Below, in pieces: positions 9,090-17,514 of a stretch of 64,000 nucleotides of DNA; the stretch's first letter is position 1; every line of letters begins with the position of its first letter. The position numbers and the translations under genes were made by a program. The notes beneath the pieces are model-generated. The model was not told where the DNA came from, searched no databases, and saw only the letters and a list, made by a program, of their open reading frames with translations. The stretch spans positions 192,190 to 256,189 of the forward strand of contig OZ252219.1 of NCBI GenBank assembly GCA_965249105.1, given 5' to 3'. The DNA is from Vicinamibacterales bacterium (GTDB lineage Bacteria; Acidobacteriota; Vicinamibacteria; Vicinamibacterales; UBA8438).

Positions 9090-9830
9090 ATGGATTCTGC
9101 AAAGAAGGCTCGTCATGTCCGGGAGAACGATGGGGTGCTCGCTCGGGTGGAGAAGAAGACGCTGATCTGGATCGCGGAGCGTCTTCCACCCTGGATCAAT
9201 TCCGACCATCTGACCCTTCTTGGACTCACCGCGATGGTCGTTGCCGGCGGTGCGTTCTGGGCAGCCCGGCTACATCCGGCCGCTCTTCTGGTGGTCGTGG
9301 CTGCGCTCGCCGTCAACTGGTTCGGCGACAGCCTTGACGGGACCGTCGCCCGGGTGCGCGATCACCAGCGTCCCAACTACGGCTTCTACGTGGACCACGT
9401 CGTAGACGTTGTCGGGGCCTTCTTCCTCTTCGGCGGGATGGCTCTGTCGCCATATATGAGCCCCATCATCGCGCTCGTCCTCCTCGTCGCCTACCTGATG
9501 CTCTCCGCCGAGATCTACCTCGCCACCCACGCTCGCGGTATCTTCCGCCTCTCGATGTTCTGGATGGGGCCGACCGAGCTTCGCATCCTGATGTCGATCG
9601 GCGCGCTGGTTCTCCTCTACAAGCCGACGGTGATGATCGCTGGAACCAGCCTGCTCTTGTTCGACGTGGGTGGCGTGGTCGCCATCGCCGGTATGTTTTT
9701 CGCGCTGCTTTTCTCAACCGCGCGCAACACCGTGGCTCTCTATCGCGCAGAGCCGATCCCAAAGACGAAGACGAAGCCGACCGCTCGTGAGGCACAGCAA
9801 TGGACCACCACGACCCAGCGCGCAGCGTAG
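9090..9830 (+). CDS. CDP-alcohol phosphatidyltransferase family protein
   Basis: 246 aa, multi-TM. DSLDGTVARVRDHQRPNYGFYVDHVVD is a close match to the D-x2-DG-x2-AR...G-x3-D-x3-D family motif. Confidence 0.85.
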   Translation: MDSAKKARHVRENDGVLARVEKKTLIWIAERLPPWINSDHLTLLGLTAMVVAGGAFWAARLHPAALLVVVAALAVNWFGDSLDGTVARVRDHQRPNYGFYVDHVVDVVGAFFLFGGMALSPYMSPIIALVLLVAYLMLSAEIYLATHARGIFRLSMFWMGPTELRILMSIGALVLLYKPTVMIAGTSLLLFDVGGVVAIAGMFFALLFSTARNTVALYRAEPIPKTKTKPTAREAQQWTTTTQRAA

Positions 9831-11113
9831 CCACGCCGAACGGACTCGTGAGGTTGCTGGTCAGATGGCTCACCTACAATGCCGTTGGGCTCATGGGGAT
9901 GGGAGTCCAGCTCGTCACGCTGGTCGCGCTCTCGGAACTCGGGCGGCTCAACCTCCTTGTGGCGACGGCCCTTGCCGTGGAGACCGCGATCCTTCACAAC
10001 TTCGTCTGGCACGAGCGCTGGACGTGGGTCGACCGCCTCTCCCGCCCGCGTGATGGACGCTGGCGGAGGCTCGCACGCTTCAATCTCGTGAGCGGCACGG
10101 TGTCGATCACTGGCAACGTGCTGTTCACCGGGCTGTATGCGACCAGTCTCGGCCTGCACTACGTCGCGGCCAACATCCTGGCCATCGCGTCAGTGTCGCT
10201 GGTGAACTTCGTGGCCAACGACCGCCTCGTCTTTCACCAGAAGGAGAGAACGAACATGGCACGGTCCACACCGAGAGCGGCTATTCGACGTATTTCATCC
10301 ATGGCAGCAGGAGTACTTCTACTGGCCTCCCCCTCTCAGTCCGCCGAGCTGCAGCCGAAGACGGTCAACGCCTGGTCGCAGTATGTCCAGCTGACCGAGC
10401 AGCGAATCGAGGACGAGCTGGTCTCCAATGAGGGCTTTCTCGTGCAGGACTTCGACCGGGTCGGCAGCTCGTTACGGGTTGCCGTTCAGCGTGGCGAGAT
10501 TCCGGTTAGCCAGATGAAGACCCTCCAGCGGGACGGAACGCCCATCAAGGTTCCGGGCGGCGCGATTCACCACTGGAGAGGTGCCATCTTCATCCAAGGC
10601 GTGACATTGAACGACGTCCTCGACGGTGTCCAGAGTCCTCTCCGGCAGGAGGACCTGCAGGAGGATGTGCTGGAGTCTCGGGTCATCGAGCGAACCGCCG
10701 ACCGGATGAAGGTCTTTCTCAAGCTCAAGCGCAAGAAGTTCGTCACCGTCCACTACAACACCGAGCACGACATGCGCTACGCTCGGCACGACAGCGCGAG
10801 GGCGTCGAGTCGGAGCATTGCGACCAAGATCGCGGAGCTGGCCGACGTCGGGTCACCCGACGAGCGCGAGCAGCCGATCGGGAACGACCGGGGCTTTCTG
10901 TGGAGGCTCAACTCGTACTGGCGCTATGAAGAGGTGGACGGCGGTGTGATCGTCGAGTGCGAGTCGGTCACGCTCAGCCGTTCTATTCCGTCCGTGGTGC
11001 GGTGGATGGTGACCCCGATGATCCGGAGCACGGCGCGGGAGTCGATGGCGCGAACCCTGACCTCGATGCACACGCGACTTGTCGCGGGCGTGGCTCAGCG
11101 TGCGGCGAACTAG
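9800..11113 (+). CDS. GtrA-like membrane domain fused through an extra TM helix to a ~290-aa extracytoplasmic domain
   Basis: 437-aa uninterrupted ORF. The N-terminal 4-TM GtrA-like part is ..YNAVGLMGMGVQLVTLVALSE..NFVANDRLVF. Then comes a TM (AAGVLLLASPSQSA) and a soluble domain (..GAIHHWRGAIFIQG..FLWRLNSYWRYEEVDGGVIVECESVTLSR..) that looks START/SRPBCC-like by eye. It overlaps the upstream gene by 31 nt. Confidence 0.65.
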   Translation: MDHHDPARSVATPNGLVRLLVRWLTYNAVGLMGMGVQLVTLVALSELGRLNLLVATALAVETAILHNFVWHERWTWVDRLSRPRDGRWRRLARFNLVSGTVSITGNVLFTGLYATSLGLHYVAANILAIASVSLVNFVANDRLVFHQKERTNMARSTPRAAIRRISSMAAGVLLLASPSQSAELQPKTVNAWSQYVQLTEQRIEDELVSNEGFLVQDFDRVGSSLRVAVQRGEIPVSQMKTLQRDGTPIKVPGGAIHHWRGAIFIQGVTLNDVLDGVQSPLRQEDLQEDVLESRVIERTADRMKVFLKLKRKKFVTVHYNTEHDMRYARHDSARASSRSIATKIAELADVGSPDEREQPIGNDRGFLWRLNSYWRYEEVDGGVIVECESVTLSRSIPSVVRWMVTPMIRSTARESMARTLTSMHTRLVAGVAQRAAN

Positions 11114-11274
11114 TGCGGTGTCCTTGTCATTCGGACAGCGTCTTTCGGGCGAGGCATCCCGCCTGGCGGCGTTGCTCCTCGGTCGCAAATGTCCAATTTG
11201 CTCCCTCGTCGTGCCTTGCCATCCGGGCGCCGCGCTCCGGAACCCACTGTCCGAATGACGAGGACACCGCACTA
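11111..11274. mobile_element. MITE-like element: 28-bp terminal inverted repeats around a 108-bp core
   Basis: TAGTGCGGTGTCCTTGTCATTCGGACAG (11111-11138) against CTGTCCGAATGACGAGGACACCGCACTA (11247-11274) is 27/28 complementary. It lies between two convergent genes, and its first TAG is the stop of the GtrA-fusion gene. Confidence 0.55.
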
Positions 11275-11281
11275 ATGGGTT

Positions 11282-12727
11282 TCAGGACCTGGGCTTTGGG
11301 GTCCCGACCTTTGGAGGGGTGCCAGGTGTCTCATCTCGGGCGACCTTTCCGAGCACCTCCGGCAGGTCGATACCGGCCTGCCGCGCCAGTTCATGGATCG
11401 GCGGCAGAGAGGCGATCAGTCCTTTGAGAAAGCCTGCCGTGGCTCCGGGGGCGTCCCCGGCTTGACCGTTCCCGGAGTCCCACACCGTGATCTTGTCGAT
11501 CTTGAGGTTCTGGATCGCCTTGACCTGCTCGGCGACCAGCTCAGGGAGCTTTTCGATGATCAGCAGGGACGGCGCCAGGTCCTTGCGGTCGCCACAGACC
11601 CGCAGCAGGTGCTCGTAACCCGAGGCCTTCGCCTCCAGCACTTTCTGGATTCCCTCAGCCTCGGCGAGATAGCGCGCCAGCATGGCGTCGGCCTCACCTC
11701 TGGCGATTCGCCGTAGCTTTTCGGCCTCGGCATCGGCGTCGATCTCTACCCGTTTGCGCTCGATCGTCTCCTTGGCGATTAGTTCCTTCTCGAGCCGGGC
11801 GAGCTCCTGTTCCTTCTCGGCCACCAGGACGTCACGGGCTGCCGCCGCGAGCGCGACATCGCCGCGACGCTTGGCCGTGGCTCGGCGCTCAGCGAGGGTC
11901 GCCTCGGAGTCAGCAATCAGGGCTCGCGACTCGTTCTCGCCGGTGACACCCTCGGCCTCCAGGGTGGCGACGGCCACGCGCTGGTCACGTTCGGCCGCCT
12001 TCTCGCCGGTGACGGACTGAGCCTTCTGGTCGGCCACTTGAACGGTCATATCGCGGTTGGCTGTCGCATGGCCGATCGAACCGGCCTTGTCAGCCTCGGC
12101 GACCTCGACCCTCGCCTTGTTGATCGCCTCCGAGGCGGCCTTTTGTCCGAGGGCTTCGATATAGCCAGACTCGTCGGTAATGTCGCGGACGTTGACGTTG
12201 ATCAGCTCGAGACCGATCTTGTTAATCTCGGTCGAGACGTTCCGGTTGACCAGGTCGAGGAACTTCTCGCGGTCCTGGTTGATCTCCTCGATCGAGAGTG
12301 TCGCGATGACGAGCCGCGTCTGGCCGAGGATGATGTCGCGTGCTTGGGTCGAAATTTCCTTTTCGCTTAGTCCGAGGAGTCGCTCCGCGGCGTTGTTCAT
12401 GATGTCCGGGTTGGTCGAGATCCCGATCGTGAAGGTAGACGGGACGTTGACGCGGATGTTCTTCTGGGACAGCGCACTCTGGAGCTCGATGTCGATCGTC
12501 ATCGGCTCGAGATTCAGATAGGCGTAGCTCTGGAGCAGCGGGACGATAAACGTCCCGCCACCGTGAAGGCATCGGGCGGCGCGATCGCCCGCGACCTTGC
12601 CGTAGACGACCAGCACTCGGTTGGAGGGGCAACGCCGATACTGGGTGACCAGCATCGTGAAGACGAAGAGCAGCAGTAGAACGATCGTGGCGATGATGCC
12701 CAGCGTGCCAAAACTAATGAAGGACAT
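11282..12727 (-). CDS. Flotillin-like SPFH/band-7 protein
   Basis: Start ATG 12727 (MSFISFGTLGIIATIVLLLL..) with a GGAGAC Shine-Dalgarno. It has an N-terminal TM, an SPFH domain and a long Ala/Glu-rich coiled coil. It is paired with an upstream NfeD. Confidence 0.88.
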   Translation of the reverse strand: MSFISFGTLGIIATIVLLLLFVFTMLVTQYRRCPSNRVLVVYGKVAGDRAARCLHGGGTFIVPLLQSYAYLNLEPMTIDIELQSALSQKNIRVNVPSTFTIGISTNPDIMNNAAERLLGLSEKEISTQARDIILGQTRLVIATLSIEEINQDREKFLDLVNRNVSTEINKIGLELINVNVRDITDESGYIEALGQKAASEAINKARVEVAEADKAGSIGHATANRDMTVQVADQKAQSVTGEKAAERDQRVAVATLEAEGVTGENESRALIADSEATLAERRATAKRRGDVALAAAARDVLVAEKEQELARLEKELIAKETIERKRVEIDADAEAEKLRRIARGEADAMLARYLAEAEGIQKVLEAKASGYEHLLRVCGDRKDLAPSLLIIEKLPELVAEQVKAIQNLKIDKITVWDSGNGQAGDAPGATAGFLKGLIASLPPIHELARQAGIDLPEVLGKVARDETPGTPPKVGTPKPRS

Positions 12728-12749
12728 GATGGTCTCCGGATGTCGGGCG

Positions 12750-13334
12750 TTAGGATGACGGCTCGACGACGAGCGTGTCGTCGTCACGAACGTCCACAAC
12801 CGTCACGGCGGTGAACGCTTCAATCTGGGCGCCATTGCTGACGGCGGGTAGCACCTTTCTGCGGCCGGAGACGCTCACCTCGATCTGCCCCTCGCCCTCG
12901 CCCCGTGGCGGGAGGGTCAGGTAGACCCGTGCGGTCTTGCCCACTGCCGTCCGCACGTCGTACTGAACGTCGCGGTTGAGCTTGCGGGTCATGAACATCA
13001 GGCCCGAGGCTAGCAGCATCATCGTCGTGCCAAAGCCGACCGCCAGGACGGCCGATACACCTCGGCCGAGGTCCCAGTCGATTCGGGCGGCCAGACCCAT
13101 CCACCCCGTACCCATGATGAAGGCCATGATGCTGAGGAGCGAGAAGAGCGTGAAGGAGGCGTCGGTGCCAATGTCGCCGTCGGCATCGAAGTCTCCGCCG
13201 TCCCCGCCGGAGAACAGGGCCATCGACAGTCGGGCGACGAACAAAAGGGTGCCGACAATGGCGAGGACGCCGTAGGTGAGCGCGTCGGCGCCGCGCTGGG
13301 CCAGGTCAGACCAGTTGAAGAGTAGGTCCCACAA
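12750..13334 (-). CDS. NfeD/YqiJ-like membrane protein
   Basis: 194 aa, several TMs plus a C-terminal beta segment (..GKTARVYLTLPPRGEGEGQIEVSVSGRRKVLPAV..). TTG start preceded by AGGAGG (13343-13348). The stop lies 22 nt upstream of the flotillin start. Confidence 0.8.
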   Translation of the reverse strand: MWDLLFNWSDLAQRGADALTYGVLAIVGTLLFVARLSMALFSGGDGGDFDADGDIGTDASFTLFSLLSIMAFIMGTGWMGLAARIDWDLGRGVSAVLAVGFGTTMMLLASGLMFMTRKLNRDVQYDVRTAVGKTARVYLTLPPRGEGEGQIEVSVSGRRKVLPAVSNGAQIEAFTAVTVVDVRDDDTLVVEPSS

Positions 13335-13945
13335 ACGAACGTCCTCCTGCTAGAACGAGACGCACGGATCCAGTGGTCCGCGCGCGCCCAGCTCTTCTCA
13401 AAGTCTTCGTTCACGGTCCCCGTCGCCTTGCCCTGCGCATCGAGGGCGAGCTTGAGACCGAACAGCGACCAGCCGTTGTGAGGATGATCTTCGAGTTCCT
13501 CGCGATAGACCCGTTCCGCATCGTCGTATCGGTTCGCCTCAAGCAAGCTGGCGCCCAGCCAGTGTCTGGCGGCGAACGGCAGGGGCTCGGGCTCGTCGTA
13601 CATCAGCTCGTCTTCCAGCTCGACCGCTCGTTCGAACGAGGCGATGGCTGCGCGCAGCTCGCCGGCCTCGCGGTGAATCTCGCCTTCCAAGATGCCTCCG
13701 ACCACTCCGAGCAGATGTTTGGCATCGTGAAAGCGCAGCCGGGCCTCTGACGTGTGGGCCGTCTCGAGCACACGATCGAGATAGACCCGTGCGAGGTCGT
13801 CGTCACCGCTCCGAAGATGCGCGTAACCCCTGGCGAAGTCAAGTATACCAGCCGAGACGTCGTTGCTCCCAGGCTCGGCGTCCTTGACCAGGGCCAGCAC
13901 TTCGTCAAAGCGGCCGAATCGAAGCAGCGTCAAGGCGTGAAACAC
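13019..13945 (-). CDS. C-terminal part of an interrupted TPR-like exported protein (same frame as 13976-14977)
   Basis: ..FHALTLLRFGRFDEVLALVKDAE..TPR-like helices..NEDFEKSWARADHWIRASR, then a low-complexity run-on of about 316 nt into nfeD in another frame. The real 3' end is probably near 13350. Confidence 0.6.
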   Translation of the reverse strand: MFHALTLLRFGRFDEVLALVKDAEPGSNDVSAGILDFARGYAHLRSGDDDLARVYLDRVLETAHTSEARLRFHDAKHLLGVVGGILEGEIHREAGELRAAIASFERAVELEDELMYDEPEPLPFAARHWLGASLLEANRYDDAERVYREELEDHPHNGWSLFGLKLALDAQGKATGTVNEDFEKSWARADHWIRASRSSRRTFVCGTYSSTGLTWPSAAPTRSPTASSPLSAPFCSSPDCRWPCSPAGTAETSMPTATLAPTPPSRSSRSSASWPSSWVRGGWVWPPESTGTSAEVYRPSWRSALARR

Positions 13946-13975
13946 CTTGTCGCCCGTGAGCTTCGCGTAGTCCTT

Positions 13976-14977
13976 TCAGGCCTGGATCGCGATCGCCCCC
14001 TGACCGTCCATCGACGCCGCAAAGAGGAGCATGTGCAGGTTGTGGGTCGGGTAGATATCGAAGCCTTCGCCGATCTCGGCCTTCTGATCCGAGTGCCAGG
14101 CCATGAGGTTGGCACGCACGCCGTCGTTCCACCGGCCCACCTCATTCCACGTATGGGAGGGCATGTGGTTGATGTGGCTCGCGCCAGGGATCGCGGAGCC
14201 GAGATATTCAGCACATGCCTCGGCCTTCTCGGGTTCGACGGTTGATTCCGTGGCGTGGATATAGAGGTGGCAGGCCCCGGGGTGCCTGATGTCCTGGGCC
14301 AGCACGCTCTCCAGGACACCGTGTAGCCGCTGGACCCTGGGGTCGTCGAGGTCACGCGTCCCTCGTCTCGGCTCGAGCAGGAAGAGCGCCTCGCCATACA
14401 GACTGACGGCGTCGAGGTCGTCGGCAAACTGCTCGGCCACCACCTTCATGGCGTCGGCGTAGGCCTGATCTTGCTCGACTCGGTATTCGGGGTCGCAGGC
14501 TTCTACGTAGCGCACGGCCATGGCGTCGATGAAGGCGCGCTCCTTCTGCGTGGCGTGGCTGGGTGCCAGCCGAAGCGCCTGCTGGATGGCCGCATAGGCG
14601 TGTGGTGCGTCTTCCTCTCGGATCTGACCGTTGAGGTACGAGCCCCAAGCCCACGCCTCACCCCAGTAGCAGATCGCGCAGTTTCGGTCCTTCTTCCACG
14701 ATTCCCGGAACGACCGGACCGCTTCGATTTTGGCGAAGGCGTACATCATCTGGAAGCCTTGATCGAAGTAGGCCTGCGCTTCCTCGCTCTTCGAGGAGAT
14801 GGGGCGATGAAACGAACCCAGTGCCGAGGTGTACAGGGGGATCGCCTGTTTGAAGACTTCCGGAAGCTCTTGTGTGGCCTTGAGGGCTTCCTGCGCCCAG
14901 GAGGATGACGGCCCGCCAAGGGCCGTGCCCCACACGACAAGCGATAGGCCGATCGCGGAACGGAATGGTATCGACAT
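13976..14977 (-). CDS. N-terminal part of the same TPR-like exported protein, ended by an in-frame TGA
   Basis: Start ATG 14977 (MSIPFRSAIGLSLVVWGTALGG.. signal peptide). It ends ..DGQGAIAIQA-TGA(13976-13978)-KDYAKLTGDKVFHALTLL.. in the same frame as the next ORF. Confidence 0.65.
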   Translation of the reverse strand: MSIPFRSAIGLSLVVWGTALGGPSSSWAQEALKATQELPEVFKQAIPLYTSALGSFHRPISSKSEEAQAYFDQGFQMMYAFAKIEAVRSFRESWKKDRNCAICYWGEAWAWGSYLNGQIREEDAPHAYAAIQQALRLAPSHATQKERAFIDAMAVRYVEACDPEYRVEQDQAYADAMKVVAEQFADDLDAVSLYGEALFLLEPRRGTRDLDDPRVQRLHGVLESVLAQDIRHPGACHLYIHATESTVEPEKAEACAEYLGSAIPGASHINHMPSHTWNEVGRWNDGVRANLMAWHSDQKAEIGEGFDIYPTHNLHMLLFAASMDGQGAIAIQA

Positions 14978-15424
14978 CGCCTGGCGATTGCGGGGACACG
15001 CGCGCGTAGCCGCGTTTTCGACCGATGGATTGTAACACCGGCGACTCACGTGCGAGCCCTTTCGTCGGCCGTTCTCACACTACAAGTTGAACAGCGTAGT
15101 CAGTGCTTCTTGGCTCCCACGACCTCACGGAAGGAGAGGTTGGCGGCGATGGACGCGCCACGAGTCGGCCAGACCGGGTATACCGTGCGGTCGACAGGCC
15201 CGCCCATCGTTCGCCCGCCTGTACACTGCCGAGCACAGCCCGGCACCCGAACGCACATCTGTATAGGCTGCGACGGATTTGGTCACTGGTGCGCAGGAAG
15301 TCGGTCGTCTGTGGTCCTCATTGTTCTGAGTCCTGAAGAAGACAACCGCAGTAAGCCCAACGCTTTAGACAGAATCAGGCGGCGGCCATCACCCAGCGGC
15401 CTGCGGGTTGCTCCTGGCTCCTGC

Positions 15425-15838
15425 ATGGCGAGCCGCGCGCTGTCTCCCCCGACGGTGCTTCTTGTCGATGATGACCGGTCTGTGCGGGCGATCGTAACCC
15501 GTTTTCTAGCCAAGGATGGGGTTGTGGTCATCACCGAATCGGATGGCCGAACGGCCCTCGAGATCGGCCGACGATACGGACGGGTGCTCGACCTCCTGAT
15601 TACGGATGTCCAGATGCCGGGTCAGGACGGCATCACGCTCGCTCTGGAGCTTCGCGCGCTGATTCCCAACTTGCGGGTTCTTTTCATCACAGGCTACTGG
15701 AGCTCCCGACTCGAGGCACTAGAACAGACCGGAATGAGATGTCTCATAGAGCCCTTTACGGAGCGTCAGCTTATCAGCGCCGTGCGAAAGTTGATGCCCC
15801 CCAGGCGCTTGGCCGGGCAGCGAACCGGTCCGGACTGA
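15425..15838 (+). CDS. Single-domain response regulator (CheY-like receiver)
   Basis: From ATG 15425: MASRALSPPTVLLVDDDRSVRAIV..LDLLITDVQMPGQDG..RVLFITGY..IEPF. The acidic pocket and phospho-acceptor Asp are present, and there is no output domain. Confidence 0.85.
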   Translation: MASRALSPPTVLLVDDDRSVRAIVTRFLAKDGVVVITESDGRTALEIGRRYGRVLDLLITDVQMPGQDGITLALELRALIPNLRVLFITGYWSSRLEALEQTGMRCLIEPFTERQLISAVRKLMPPRRLAGQRTGPD

Positions 15839-15846
15839 GGCTGTCG

Positions 15847-16131
15847 ATGCCACGACTCAGTCCCGGAATCACGCCGGCGGTCGTCGGTACTGTCATAGGA
15901 CCCACCGCTGTCGCACTCTACGAGCTCGGCGGTCTCCACCTCTTCCGCGCGATGCCGCTTCTCAACGTGTGGGTCGTTGTCGCGGTCGGCGGGTTTGGAG
16001 TGTGGGCAGGCGTCCGCGCCCTCCGCACGGGATTCGTGGTCGTAGGTGTCCTCTGCCTGCTTGCCAACGGCGTGATTCTTGGTCGATACGGGTTCCTGGC
16101 CACCCTCTTTGCCTTCGGCGGCTCACGCTAG
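15847..16131 (+). CDS. Small hypothetical membrane protein
   Basis: 94 aa from ATG 15847 with three hydrophobic helices. No recognisable family. Confidence 0.45.
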   Translation: MPRLSPGITPAVVGTVIGPTAVALYELGGLHLFRAMPLLNVWVVVAVGGFGVWAGVRALRTGFVVVGVLCLLANGVILGRYGFLATLFAFGGSR

Positions 16132-16232
16132 GGGGGGATTGACCGGCGGGGTCGCGAACAGGCAACCTGTAGCACGAATCGACGCGGGCGCCCGATGTGG
16201 AGCCTCCCCGCGACGTCAGAAAGAGAGCAGAG

Positions 16233-16685
16233 ATGAGCAGGTGGTTGCCGTTCGTCATTCTCACGGTGCTGAGCTGGGGCACCTATATCCCGACGCTTCA
16301 CAAGGGCCAGCTCGCGCTGAACGGGAGCGGCGTACACGCCTTCTTGATGGTGGGGGTGGCATACGTGCTCGTCGCGATCGCCGTGCCCGGCGTCATGATC
16401 GCGCGAGCCGGGAGCTGGGACGTATTCACGCCCGGTGGGGTCGCTTTCACGGTCGGCGCCGGAATCCTTGGTGCCGTCGGTGCGCTAGGGATCGTACTCG
16501 CGCTGGTCAACGGCGGGCGACCTAGCGTAGTGCCACCGCTGGTCTTCGCCGGGGCTCCGCTCGTGAGCGTCGTCGTGGCGAATCTCTACAACCCTCCGCA
16601 GAACAGCCCGTCACCCATCTTCTACGTAGGTCTTGTGATGGCCGCCACCGGCGTGGGCCTGGTGATGGCGTTTCGACCAAGCTGA
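16233..16685 (+). CDS. Hypothetical 4-5 TM membrane protein
   Basis: 150 aa from ATG 16233 (MSRWLPFVILTVLSWGTYIP..). Gly/Ala/Val-rich TM helices, possibly EamA/DMT-like; this is weak. Confidence 0.55.
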   Translation: MSRWLPFVILTVLSWGTYIPTLHKGQLALNGSGVHAFLMVGVAYVLVAIAVPGVMIARAGSWDVFTPGGVAFTVGAGILGAVGALGIVLALVNGGRPSVVPPLVFAGAPLVSVVVANLYNPPQNSPSPIFYVGLVMAATGVGLVMAFRPS

Positions 16686-17038
16686 GCGCCGCGGTCCGAA
16701 ACCGTCAGGACAGCGGTAGGCGGGTCTTTGTTACGCCGGATACGCCGGGTTCGTCGGGAGACGTCGCTCGGCGGGTCGAGGGCTTTGTCCTCGAAGTGCT
16801 TGATCCAGTCGACATCTCGACGGCTGCCTCGCCAGATGGCGCGGCGGTCTCCCACGAAGATGCGTCGCTCGATCGCCACGTGCGCAACGATTGGTGTGGT
16901 GTCCTGGCCTGCTGGTCGTGTCCGGCTGGTCATCGCTCGACCCTCAATGAAGGAGTGACGCTCAAGTGTAGGGCCTTTGTGCAAAATTGTGAAGTCGGCG
17001 TTGATTCGGTGTTGGGAGACCATTAGCCTTGTCGGCGG

Positions 17039-17509
17039 ATGGACGAGTCGCCGAGAGGGCAAAAGCTGGGGAAGGTCGTCGACCTGCGGCCGGTCCAGGT
17101 GGATGACGCTGGCCGGCTCTTCATCTCTCCGGTCATTGAAAACTGGGATGTCGTCACGGCCCGGGGTATCGACACAGTCATCGATCTTGAAGGCGGCCTC
17201 GACATCGGGGTCCCCACCGTTCCCAACCAGTGTCTGTACGTGTACTTTCCGATCTCTGACGATGAGCTTCCCGACCTTGAGAAGCTTCACGGTGTCGCCG
17301 ACCTCTGCGCAGCCCTTATCGGACAGGATCACCGCGTCCTCGCGCATTGCGGGATGGGGTTCAACCGGTCGGCTCTGGTGGCCGGTCTGACCATGCACAA
17401 GATGGGGATGCCGGGACCGGAGGTCGTGACCAGGCTGCGGGAAAGGCGCCCGGGCGCGCTCTACAACAAACGGTTCGCCGCCTTTCTCGAGAGTCTCGGA
17501 TTGGGCTGA
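17039..17509 (+). CDS. Dual-specificity / Cys-based protein phosphatase
   Basis: 156 aa with HCGMGFNRS, the HCxxGxxR(S/T) catalytic P-loop, and an upstream Asp loop (FPISDDELPD). Confidence 0.8.
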   Translation: MDESPRGQKLGKVVDLRPVQVDDAGRLFISPVIENWDVVTARGIDTVIDLEGGLDIGVPTVPNQCLYVYFPISDDELPDLEKLHGVADLCAALIGQDHRVLAHCGMGFNRSALVAGLTMHKMGMPGPEVVTRLRERRPGALYNKRFAAFLESLGLG

Positions 17510-17514
17510 GCCGT

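Noticed and set aside
8943-9209. Small minus-strand ORFs (60-88 aa) in the 8893-9089 intergenic region
   Set aside because: They are built from the GGGAACAG repeat region and the promoter DNA between two divergent genes. They have no start context or coding signal.
13976-13978. Selenocysteine (or other programmed) recoding of the in-frame TGA in the TPR-like gene
   Set aside because: I could not fold a convincing SECIS-like stem-loop within ~50 nt downstream of the TGA. Only a 4-bp AAGG/CCTT stem and a distant 6-bp pairing are possible. The protein is an exported TPR-like protein with no redox motif, and the same gene also has a damaged 3' end. A nonsense mutation or sequencing error is more parsimonious.
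16622-17398. 258-aa minus-strand ORF
   Set aside because: Most of it lies antisense to the well-supported HCxxGxxR phosphatase gene (17039-17509), and it overlaps the end of the membrane-protein gene. Only its last ~100 codons (16686-16935) fall in an otherwise unassigned gap, and I recognise nothing in them.
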